Source: Xylanibacter ruminicola 23 (lineage in GTDB: Bacteria; Bacteroidota; Bacteroidia; Bacteroidales; Bacteroidaceae). Taken from it: 32,000 nucleotides of DNA. The position numbers and the translations under genes are program-made. Below, piece by piece: positions 17,287-24,655 of this stretch. The stretch is from the NCBI RefSeq assembly GCF_000025925.1, contig NC_014033.1:570001-602000 (forward strand), in the 5' to 3' direction. The number at the start of each line of letters is the position of its first letter. Position 1 is the stretch's first letter. Under the pieces are notes generated by a model that worked only from the letters and a program-made list of their open reading frames with translations, did no database searches and was not told where the DNA came from.

Positions 17287-18113
17287 TAGGCAATAAAATC
17301 CTTCAGTCGGGGCACGTATTGGCGCGAAACAGGTATGGTGGTATAGCTGTTGGTCAGGCGCAGCTGGTAACCGTTGCTGTTGCCTTTGGCCTGGGTGATA
17401 TTATTCACGTTTACCACAAACGATCGGTGGCACTGAAAGATATTCTCGTACTGTCGCAACTCATCGATGGCTGCCGATAGGGTGGTGTGCAGCTCAATGG
17501 TGGTGGGCTTGTCGTCGCGCAGGTAACAAACCGAAATATTGTTTTTCTGCGCCTCAATATATAATAGGTTATTAATGGGCAGCTCCAGATCGTTGCCACG
17601 CACGTTCTGATCGTGTATCGTGATGGTAATGTCGCGCTGTTCCTCGGTGGTGTTGTTCAGCAGCGCCTCCATCTGGTGCTTCAGATAGCGGTTGTACTCT
17701 ATGCCTACCGATATGGCTGTAATGGCGGCACCTATAATCAGCGTCCACCACAGAAACTGCAGGAACACACCCGCACTGAAGGGCACGCTGAACAACAATA
17801 CCAACAGCATGAAATTGCCGATAGCAATAAACAGTATCAGTCCTAACACCGCCGCAGCATCGTGCCATACGCGCAGGGGTTTAACCAGTTTGGGTAAATT
17901 TTGCATCACCGTGTAGCCATACACTATGTAGCACACCATCGTTACCAAGCCGAAAGCAGCTGCCACCAGGCATTTGTTGCCCTGATACTGACTGAATCCG
18001 AACGGCTGCAGTAAGTAGAGTATGGCCCAGATAATCACACCATATATCACACTGTCTCTCAACCAGTGTTTGCTTTGCCCAAAGGGGTATTTTCGTGTCA
18101 ACAGATTCTTCAT
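17286..18113 (-). CDS. Membrane-anchored LytTR-domain DNA-binding protein (about 4 TM helices, no receiver domain)
   Basis: The N-terminal half consists of hydrophobic helices (VIYGVIIWAILYLL, LVAAAFGLVTMVCYIVYGY, VLGLILFIAIGNFMLLVLLF, FLWWTLIIGAAITAISVGI). The C-terminal LytTR domain reads LLYIEAQKNNISVCYL...CHRSFVVNVNNI...IPVSRQY. Confidence 0.8.
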   Translation of the reverse strand: MKNLLTRKYPFGQSKHWLRDSVIYGVIIWAILYLLQPFGFSQYQGNKCLVAAAFGLVTMVCYIVYGYTVMQNLPKLVKPLRVWHDAAAVLGLILFIAIGNFMLLVLLFSVPFSAGVFLQFLWWTLIIGAAITAISVGIEYNRYLKHQMEALLNNTTEEQRDITITIHDQNVRGNDLELPINNLLYIEAQKNNISVCYLRDDKPTTIELHTTLSAAIDELRQYENIFQCHRSFVVNVNNITQAKGNSNGYQLRLTNSYTTIPVSRQYVPRLKDFIA

Positions 18114-18144
18114 CCTGCGTTAAAGTTTAAGCTATTATCGCCTG

Positions 18145-18152
18145 CAAAGGTA
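18145..18152 (-). promoter_or_regulatory. -7 promoter box TACCTTTG (minus strand) for the LytTR gene
   Basis: The plus strand reads caaaggta, 31 nt upstream of the ATG at 18113. Confidence 0.45.
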
Positions 18153-18256
18153 AGCAAAAAATCGCAATTCCCTCAAAGAAATAGGGATTTTCCTATCCGT
18201 CGTATCGAAAAATTTCGCATCTTTGCACCGTTGAACCAATCAAAACATGAAAGCGT

Positions 18257-18949
18257 ATGAAAGAGAATCGACTGATTGCATCGGCACTGATAGCTATAGG
18301 TATCGTGCTTTTGGGCGTGTTTATCAAGGCTGGTATTGATAACTTTGCCAACAAGGATCGTAAGGTAACGGTTAAGGGTCTGGCCGAGCGCGAGGTGCCT
18401 GCCGATAAGGTTACATGGAGCATTGGCACCAAGGTTACAGGCAACGACCTGCCCCTACTGTACGAGAACATTAACCTGCAAACCAACAAGATTAAGAAGT
18501 TCCTGACCCAGAACGGACTCGAAGAGAAGGAGATAACGGTTAATCCGCCTACTATCAGCGACCTGGAGGCACGCGAGTGGGGCGACAACCAGAAGAACTT
18601 CCGCTACATTGTTAACACCACCATTACGGTGGCCACCAACAAGGTAACCGAGGTTAATAAGGCCATCTTTAAGCAGGCCGAACTACTAAAGCAGGGTGTG
18701 GCAATCGAGAACAGCAATCCGCAGTACGAATATGCCTCGTTCCAGCAGATGAAGCCTGAGATGATGGCCGAAGCCATTAAGAATGCGCAGAAAACCGCCG
18801 TACAGTTTGCCGAGGCCAGCAATAGTGAGCTGGGCCAGATACAAACAGCCGGACAGGGTCAGTTCGAGATCGAGGATCGCGACCAGAACACGCCTTACAT
18901 CAAGAAACTGCGCGTGGTAACCACGATTACTTATTCACTGAAAGATTAG
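18257..18949 (+). CDS. SIMPL (DUF541) domain protein
   Basis: An N-terminal anchor helix is followed by [20 protein letters not shown] and a C-terminal ...[10 protein letters not shown]. At 230 aa the length and pattern fit the SIMPL family. Confidence 0.65.
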   Translation: MKENRLIASALIAIGIVLLGVFIKAGIDNFANKDRKVTVKGLAEREVPADKVTWSIGTKVTGNDLPLLYENINLQTNKIKKFLTQNGLEEKEITVNPPTISDLEAREWGDNQKNFRYIVNTTITVATNKVTEVNKAIFKQAELLKQGVAIENSNPQYEYASFQQMKPEMMAEAIKNAQKTAVQFAEASNSELGQIQTAGQGQFEIEDRDQNTPYIKKLRVVTTITYSLKD

Positions 18950-18972
18950 TTTTTTAAGGCGTACGGCCATCA

Positions 18973-19701
18973 TCAATCGATGATGGTCATACGCATATCA
19001 ATATCGTTGGTGGGGCGATCGGCACGGCCTGTAGCTGTGTTCTGAATCTGCTCTACCACGTTTAATCCTTCCTCAACCTCGCCAAACACGGTGTACTGTC
19101 CGTCAAGATGGGGTGTGCCGCCTACGGTAGAGTACAGCTGCATCTGCTGGTCGGTCAGTCCCTGCTTGCCAACCTTGTTCTCAGCTTCGGCTATCAGCTG
19201 GTCCTGCAGCTCCTGCAATCCTGCACGGTTGCGCTCGCGGCGCATCTGCATAATTTCTTCGCGACGGGCTTTGGCCAGGTCGTTAAACGCATCCTGCACC
19301 TTCTGCATACGTATCTGCTTACCCAGCTGGTTCAGCTGATTCTCCTTATACACCTGTCCCCATACAATGTAGAACTGCGAGCCGCTGCTACGGCGCTCGG
19401 GGTTAACCTCGTCGCCCTGACGTGCTGCGGCCAGCGCGCCACGCTTGTGGTACAGGTTGTCCTTAATCTCTGCCTCCAGTGTGTAGTCAGGACCGCCCAC
19501 GCCCAGCATCTTGCCGGCAGGCGCTCCCTTCGAGTCGGGATCGCCACCCTGAATCATAAAGTCCTTAATCACACGATGGAACAAGGTGCCATCATAATAA
19601 CCCTCCTTTACCAGTTTTACAAAGTTGTCGCGGTGGATAGGAGTCTCGTCGTACAGGCGAACGATGATGTCGCCCAATGTAGTTTCAATCTTAACTTTCA
19701 T
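18973..19701 (-). CDS. Cyclophilin-type peptidyl-prolyl isomerase with a roughly 75-aa charged helical insertion
   Basis: Motifs include VKLVKEGYYDGTLFHRVIKDFMIQGGDP and GSQFYIV...GGTPHLDGQYTVFGEV. The start is set at MKVKIETT (19701), because a minus-strand TAACTTTG box at 19720-19727 overlaps the track start 19722. Confidence 0.85.
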   Translation of the reverse strand: MKVKIETTLGDIIVRLYDETPIHRDNFVKLVKEGYYDGTLFHRVIKDFMIQGGDPDSKGAPAGKMLGVGGPDYTLEAEIKDNLYHKRGALAAARQGDEVNPERRSSGSQFYIVWGQVYKENQLNQLGKQIRMQKVQDAFNDLAKARREEIMQMRRERNRAGLQELQDQLIAEAENKVGKQGLTDQQMQLYSTVGGTPHLDGQYTVFGEVEEGLNVVEQIQNTATGRADRPTNDIDMRMTIID

Positions 19702-19719
19702 ATGCTCAAATTTTGGGTG

Positions 19720-19727
19720 CAAAGTTA
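19720..19727 (-). promoter_or_regulatory. -7 promoter box TAACTTTG (minus strand) for the cyclophilin gene
   Basis: The plus strand reads caaagtta, 18 nt upstream of the ATG at 19701. Confidence 0.45.
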
Positions 19728-19791
19728 CTAAAAATTTGGCTTTTGGCGCACTATTATCATCATTTTGTTTGGTGGTTTAAATCTAAAAGCG

Positions 19792-19799
19792 TATTTTTG
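19792..19799 (+). promoter_or_regulatory. -7 promoter box TATTTTTG for azlCD
   Basis: TAnnTTTG match 15 nt upstream of the ATG at 19815. Confidence 0.45.
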
Positions 19800-19814
19800 C
19801 ACCCCGAAACTGTT

Positions 19815-20528
19815 ATGCGTCGTAAAGAAATCATGCAAGGCTTTCGCGACGGCATCCCCATAGCCTTAGGCTATTTTGCCGTTGCTTTCTCGCTGGGCAT
19901 CATTGCCAAGCAGGCAGGCTTGTCGGCTGTTATCGGCTTTTTTAGTAGTTTCTTTACCCGTGCCTCTGCTGGCGAATATGGTGTTTATACGTTGGTGGCT
20001 GCCCAGGCCGCCTATGCTGAGATTGTAGCCATGTGTTTGGTGGTTAATCTGCGATATATGTTGATGAGTGCCGCACTCTCACAGAAAATCGCCCCTGGCA
20101 CCTCGTGGCTGCATCGTGTGCTGATGGCCATCTGCGTAACCGACGAGATTTTCGGCATCTCCATCGCCCGTCAACCTTACTGCCCGCCCGCTTACACCTA
20201 TTCCGCTGCCCTTATCTCTACGCTGTTTTGGGCGTCGGGCTGTGCGGCAGGCATTGTGGCTGGCGGCATGCTGCCTGCTAACATCGTAGCCGCCTTGAGT
20301 GTGGCCCTTTACGGCATGTTCCTGGCCATTATCATGCCCCCTGCGCGTGCCGATCGTAATGTGCTGTATGCAGTGGTGGCCAGTTTTGTGCTCAGTGGTC
20401 TCTGCGCTGTAGCTCCTGTAGTGAGTGGCTGGAGTAGCGGCACCCGCACCATCGTGCTCACCATCCTTATCTCGGCTGTTGCAGCCTGGTTGAAACCTGT
20501 TGATGTCAAGGAGGAGGCTTATGGATAA
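19815..20528 (+). CDS. azlC: AzlC-family branched-chain amino acid exporter subunit
   Basis: The start is set at MRRKEIMQGFRDGIPIALGYFAVAFSLG (ATG 19815), downstream of a TATTTTTG box at 19792-19799. It is a polytopic membrane protein followed by azlD. Confidence 0.8.
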   Translation: MRRKEIMQGFRDGIPIALGYFAVAFSLGIIAKQAGLSAVIGFFSSFFTRASAGEYGVYTLVAAQAAYAEIVAMCLVVNLRYMLMSAALSQKIAPGTSWLHRVLMAICVTDEIFGISIARQPYCPPAYTYSAALISTLFWASGCAAGIVAGGMLPANIVAALSVALYGMFLAIIMPPARADRNVLYAVVASFVLSGLCAVAPVVSGWSSGTRTIVLTILISAVAAWLKPVDVKEEAYG

Positions 20529-20829
20529 TCGTAGTATCATTATCTGCATCCTGCTGGCCATCATCACCACCAATTTAATTCGTGTGGTGCCCATGTTGCT
20601 CATCAAAGGCGAAATAAACAACCGCTTTGTGCGCAGTTTCCTGTATTATGTACCTTATGTCACGCTGGCCGTCATGACCTTCCCCAGTATGATACAAACC
20701 ACCATCTCGCCTCTCTCAGGTATTGTGGCCCTCCTTGTAGGCATTATCGCAGCATGGCGCCGTTTGGGACTCTTTCCCGTGGCTGCCATTTGTTGTGCCA
20801 TCGTTTACCTGATGGATAGCGTGATGTAA
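20521..20829 (+). CDS. azlD: AzlD-family branched-chain amino acid exporter subunit
   Basis: The ATG at 20521 overlaps the azlC stop (ATGGATAA). It is a hydrophobic protein of about 100 aa, beginning MDNRSIIICILLAIITTNLIRVVPMLL. Confidence 0.75.
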   Translation: MDNRSIIICILLAIITTNLIRVVPMLLIKGEINNRFVRSFLYYVPYVTLAVMTFPSMIQTTISPLSGIVALLVGIIAAWRRLGLFPVAAICCAIVYLMDSVM

Positions 20830-20842
20830 TAATATTAAAACA

Positions 20843-22114
20843 ATGAGAAATAAACTATTAATGATGCTAATCTGCTGCATGGCAGCAAATGTATTGATTG
20901 CCTGTTCGTCGGCTTCTGGTAACGTTTCCGACAGCACCATCGACGAACCTACTGAGAATGAAGAACAGAACCAACAGGACCTGCCCTTTGGCTTTTGCGC
21001 CCTGTCTTCACGTACCGACGCTACCCAAACCTATCATATCACGGGCGGCGGCTATTATTCCTACCCTGTACCAGAAAGTGCTACAGGTGTGGTAGTATTG
21101 ACATCTGATGGTCGGGACATGAAAGCTGCTATCGAAAGTGCCATCAAGAACAGTAAGAACAAAGTGATTATCTTCGATGGCTCGAATGGCGACTTTATCG
21201 TGTCATCTACTATCAAAGTAACCGTTTCGGGCAAAACACTGCTTGGCATCAATAATGCCCGTCTCTGCACCCAGTGGGCTTTGACCGATGAAATGAAAAA
21301 AGCCCTGAACGATGCTGGTGTGCTCAGCATGAGTACCAGCGATGGGGGAGGAGTGTTAGTAAACGGCACTGAGGTAAAAGAGCAGGCTGAATACAACACA
21401 CGTAAGATACTGATTGAGATGACAGGCGATAAAAGCGAGAACTATCGTCAGGCTGGCATTTTTACCCTTAATAACTGCCAGAACATCATTGTACGCAATC
21501 TGAAATTTGTTGGCCCTGGGGCTGTTGATGTTGGCGGCACCGACCTTCTTTCATGCACAGGCACTAAGAATTGTTGGGTAGATCATTGTGAGTTTACCGA
21601 TGGATTAGACGATAACTTTGATATCACGAAGTCGTCCGACTTCCATACTGTTAGTTGGTGCACCTTCAGTTATACCAATCGTTCGTATATGCACCAGAAC
21701 TCCAATCTCATTGGTAGCAACGACAACGAAGCAACAGGTTTCCTGAACACCACTTTCGCCTTCAACTGGTGGGGTGTGGGTTGTCAAGGACGTATGCCTA
21801 TGGCCCGTGTTGGTAAGATTCACATGCTGAATAATTATTTTAGCAGCACCACGGCCTACAATGGCATCAATCCACGTAAGAACTCAGAATTCCTGATAGA
21901 GGGTAACTATTTCGACAAGGGCGTTGCCAAATATTACAGTCAGAACGATGCTGTGGCTGTAACCTGGGCGGCTGATAACTATATAGCCGAAGCAACCAGC
22001 ATCCCATCCTCTGTTGGCGCCACTGTTTCGGTGCCTTATCAGTATTCGGCAGTGCCCGCCAGTCAAGTTCCCACATTGGTCAAACAGGGTGCCGGCGCCA
22101 CTCTCTTTCGGTAG
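20843..22114 (+). CDS. Pectate lyase (PL1 family) lipoprotein
   Basis: It has a lipoprotein signal (LICCMAANVLIACSS). The parallel beta-helix catalytic region reads NCWVDHCEFTDGLDDNFDITKSSDFHTVSWCTF...IGSND...GRMPMARVGKIHMLNNYF. Confidence 0.8.
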   Translation: MRNKLLMMLICCMAANVLIACSSASGNVSDSTIDEPTENEEQNQQDLPFGFCALSSRTDATQTYHITGGGYYSYPVPESATGVVVLTSDGRDMKAAIESAIKNSKNKVIIFDGSNGDFIVSSTIKVTVSGKTLLGINNARLCTQWALTDEMKKALNDAGVLSMSTSDGGGVLVNGTEVKEQAEYNTRKILIEMTGDKSENYRQAGIFTLNNCQNIIVRNLKFVGPGAVDVGGTDLLSCTGTKNCWVDHCEFTDGLDDNFDITKSSDFHTVSWCTFSYTNRSYMHQNSNLIGSNDNEATGFLNTTFAFNWWGVGCQGRMPMARVGKIHMLNNYFSSTTAYNGINPRKNSEFLIEGNYFDKGVAKYYSQNDAVAVTWAADNYIAEATSIPSSVGATVSVPYQYSAVPASQVPTLVKQGAGATLFR

Positions 22115-22217
22115 TCATCAATTTAACAAGCTCACCCCGCTTCCCATAGAACAGCGCGCTCAGCGTGAGCCTTTTTTATTTCATGACCAGTGTTATTCAT
22201 AAATGCTAAAAAAATAG

Positions 22218-22248
22218 AGCCGAAAGTTTTTTGCTTTCGGCTTTTTTC
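22218..22248 (+). terminator. Intrinsic terminator after the pectate lyase gene
   Basis: The stem is agccgaaag (22218-22226) / ctttcggct (22234-22242), followed by a T-run. Confidence 0.6.
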
Positions 22249-22278
22249 GTATCTTTGCGATAGAAATCGCGAAGATAC
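22249..22278. promoter_or_regulatory. 13-4-13 inverted repeat overlapping the upstream copy of the duplicated promoter box (candidate operator)
   Basis: The arms are gtatctttgcgat (22249-22261) and atcgcgaagatac (22266-22278), with one mismatch. The left arm contains TATCTTTG (22250-22257). Confidence 0.4.
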
Positions 22279-22333
22279 TCACGCTCGGCATAAAAAAGAT
22301 TGAAAATCTTTTGTTCTGCTCTCGACTTTTTCG

Positions 22334-22341
22334 TATCTTTG
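22334..22341 (+). promoter_or_regulatory. Bacteroidetes -7 promoter box TATCTTTG for the WYL regulator gene (near-leaderless)
   Basis: It matches TAnnTTTG, and the ATG at 22347 lies only 5 nt after the box. It is the second copy of the 16-nt repeat tttttcgtatctttgc (22243-22258 and 22327-22342). Confidence 0.5.
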
Positions 22342-22346
22342 CAGGC

Positions 22347-23237
22347 ATGAAACCAGCTCAGATATTTTACCAGTACATCTGGATTATTAATACGCTTAGG
22401 GCCTATCATAAGTTGACCCTGGGCGAACTGAACCAGAAGTGGATGGATGATGGCGTAATCGACGGCAACCCGTTGCAGCGTTCGACGTTTAACCGCCATC
22501 GCGACTCCATCCTGGCTATGTTTGGCATCATTATCGATTGCGAGCCGAAAACGTATAAGTACTACATCAGTAACATGGAGGCTCTGAGCGATGGTGCTGT
22601 AGAAAGTTGGCTGTTCTCCACGCTTACTGTGCATGGCGTGCTGGCTGATAGCGCTGCTGTGAAGGATAGATTGGTGCTTGAAAATGCACCTGCTGGCGAG
22701 GAATATCTCGACGTGATTATCCGAGCCATCCACACGAATCGTCGCCTGCGTATGGGCTATAAGAAGTTTGAGGCTGAGGGGTACGAGAAGCTGGTTTGTC
22801 CCTATGCCTTGAAGTTGTTTCACCAGCGCTGGTACTTGTTGGCACTTAACGATGAGGAGCAGATGCGTATATACGCCCTGGATCGCATGACGATGATGGA
22901 AATAACCGACGAGACTTTTGAGATGCCCGCCAATTTCTCGCCGCAGGAGTATTTTGCTGAATATTATGGTGTGCTGACGGATAATACGCCAATGGCACAC
23001 GTGGTGGTGCGAGCCCATAAGTGGATGCCGAACTATCTGCGCACGTTGCCCTTGCACCACTCGCAGCGAGAGTTAGAATCGACACCCGATTATACGGATT
23101 TTGCGTTCGATATCCGACCAACATCCGACTTTTTGGGCGAGCTGCTGCGCCACAGCGATGGCATAGAAGTGCTGGAACCACAGGAAATTCGTGTGAAAAT
23201 ACGTAAAATGATAGAGAAAACGCTTAAAAGATATTAA
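22347..23237 (+). CDS. WYL-domain transcriptional regulator (N-terminal wHTH, central WYL, C-terminal extension)
   Basis: The start is set at MKPAQIFYQY (ATG 22347), 5 nt after a TATCTTTG box. The WYL signature is VCPYALKLFHQRWYLLALNDEEQMRIYALDRM. The HTH-like N-terminus reads LTLGELNQKW...STFNRHRDSI. Confidence 0.8.
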   Translation: MKPAQIFYQYIWIINTLRAYHKLTLGELNQKWMDDGVIDGNPLQRSTFNRHRDSILAMFGIIIDCEPKTYKYYISNMEALSDGAVESWLFSTLTVHGVLADSAAVKDRLVLENAPAGEEYLDVIIRAIHTNRRLRMGYKKFEAEGYEKLVCPYALKLFHQRWYLLALNDEEQMRIYALDRMTMMEITDETFEMPANFSPQEYFAEYYGVLTDNTPMAHVVVRAHKWMPNYLRTLPLHHSQRELESTPDYTDFAFDIRPTSDFLGELLRHSDGIEVLEPQEIRVKIRKMIEKTLKRY

Positions 23238-23243
23238 AATTCA

Positions 23244-23285
23244 GGAGGGTGTCCCAACTTTTGGGACACCCTCCGGTTTATTTTG
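23244..23285 (+). terminator. Strong intrinsic terminator after the WYL regulator gene
   Basis: A perfect 14-bp stem, ggagggtgtcccaa (23244-23257) / ttgggacaccctcc (23261-23274), has a 3-nt loop and is followed by ggtttatttt. Confidence 0.75.
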
Positions 23286-23315
23286 CACCCGATAACTTAA
23301 TTGTCGAACTAAAAA

Positions 23316-23429
23316 ATGATTATTGTTATGGAAGGTGCATTTATTATGTTTGTAATCGTGTTTGCCGTAGGTAGCATGGTGAGCGAGCTGATTAAGAATG
23401 TTGATACAGATTCAACGGTAACTGAGTAG
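23316..23429 (+). CDS. Candidate 37-aa hydrophobic micro-protein (MIIVMEGAFIMFVIVFAVGSMVSELIKNVDTDSTVTE)
   Basis: My own translation; it is below the ORF-track cutoff. The ATG at 23316 follows an A-rich spacer, and the stop TAG at 23427-23429 lies 2 nt before the dinB ATG. It has one predicted TM helix and an acidic tail. No homology evidence is available. Confidence 0.3.
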   Translation: MIIVMEGAFIMFVIVFAVGSMVSELIKNVDTDSTVTE

Positions 23430-23431
23430 GA

Positions 23432-24538
23432 ATGAAGATTATTCATGTGGATATGGACCAGTTTTTCGCGGCTGTAGAGCAGCGCGATAATCCGGAACTG
23501 AAGGGCAAGCCGATAGCGGTGGGGCACGACGTGGAACGTGGCGTGGTGTCGACTGCAAGCTATGAGGCCCGACGGTTCGGGGTGCATTCGGCGCAATCTA
23601 TACAGTTGGCTAAGCGTCTGTGTCCGCAACTAATCATCGTTGAGCCGCATTATCAGCGTTATAAAGAGGTGTCGATGCAGCTACACGAGATATTTCACGA
23701 TTATACCGACCTGATTGAGCCGATATCGCTGGACGAGGCTTTTCTGGATGTAACGGAGAATAAGCGGGGGATAGAACTGGGTGTGGATATCGCACGCGAA
23801 ATAAAGCAGCGCATACGTGAGACTACCGGACTGACGGCATCGGCTGGTGTGAGCTACTGTAAGTTTCTGGCTAAGATTGCCTCTGACTGGCGCAAACCCG
23901 ATGGACTGACGGTGATTCACCCCGACAGGGCGCTCGACTTTATTGCACAGCTGAAGGTGGAGAAGATTTGGGGCGTGGGTCAGAAAACGGCTGAGAAGAT
24001 GCACCGTATGGGCATTTTTACGGGTATGGATCTGAGGAACACGTCGCTGGCACGATTGACTCAGGACTTTGGTAAGATGGGGCAGGTGTTTTACGACTTT
24101 GCGCGAGGTATTGATACCCGTCCTGTAATCAGTGAGTGGGAGCGGAAAAGTGTGAGCTGCGAACAGACTTTTGAGACGGATATCAGCGAGAATGCAGCTG
24201 TTACCATCCACCTATATCAAACGGTGATGGAGCTGGTGCGCCGTATCGAAAAGAACGATTTTGAGGGGCGTACGTTGACGCTTAAGGTTAAATTCCTGGA
24301 TTTTAAACAAATCACCCGCAGCATGACTGTGGATCATGTTCTTTGCACAAAAGATGATATTCTGCCATTGGCCAAACAACTGATGCAAGGAGTAGAGTTT
24401 CACTCGCATCCCATCCGTTTGTTAGGCTTGGGAGTATCCAATCCAGGAAGCCACCCGTTAAGCGGGGGGCTGGCCTCTCGCCAGGGGGAAAAATGGATAG
24501 AGCTAGAACTCCCCTTCGCCCCCTGGCCCGATGAATAA
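23432..24538 (+). CDS. dinB: DNA polymerase IV (Y-family translesion polymerase)
   Basis: MKIIHVDMDQFFAAVEQRDNPELKGKPIAVG, SLDEAFLDVT, and the HhH region IWGVGQKTAEKM are present; 368 aa. Confidence 0.9.
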   Translation: MKIIHVDMDQFFAAVEQRDNPELKGKPIAVGHDVERGVVSTASYEARRFGVHSAQSIQLAKRLCPQLIIVEPHYQRYKEVSMQLHEIFHDYTDLIEPISLDEAFLDVTENKRGIELGVDIAREIKQRIRETTGLTASAGVSYCKFLAKIASDWRKPDGLTVIHPDRALDFIAQLKVEKIWGVGQKTAEKMHRMGIFTGMDLRNTSLARLTQDFGKMGQVFYDFARGIDTRPVISEWERKSVSCEQTFETDISENAAVTIHLYQTVMELVRRIEKNDFEGRTLTLKVKFLDFKQITRSMTVDHVLCTKDDILPLAKQLMQGVEFHSHPIRLLGLGVSNPGSHPLSGGLASRQGEKWIELELPFAPWPDE

Positions 24539-24643
24539 AGATACATCCATCGGCTTACTCACTAAGGAGGATATGTAAAAATGATATCTTTCTTTTTTCG
24601 ATTTTTTAAGATGAAAAGTGTATTGTGTTTGACGTTTTTTTTG

Positions 24644-24651
24644 TACCTTTG
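24644..24651 (+). promoter_or_regulatory. -7 promoter box TACCTTTG for the efflux operon
   Basis: It matches TAnnTTTG, preceded by a T-rich tract. It lies about 165 nt upstream of the TolC-family start. Confidence 0.5.
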
Positions 24652-24655
24652 CAGC

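Noticed and set aside
18965-18988. Hairpin ccatcatc-aatc-gatgatgg between the convergent SIMPL and cyclophilin genes, considered as a bidirectional terminator.
   Set aside because: The stem overlaps the cyclophilin stop and C-terminal codons, and it is not followed by a U-run in either direction. A terminator function is possible but not supportable from sequence alone.
24478-24529. G-rich inverted repeat at the dinB 3' end (gccaggggg 24480-24488 / ccccctggc 24519-24527), considered as a second copy of the hisH-type element.
   Set aside because: It has only a 9-bp stem with a 30-nt loop, its sequence is not similar to the 31-nt hisH unit, and the encoded tail (EKWIELELPF) looks like a native Bacteroidales DinB C-terminus as far as I recall.
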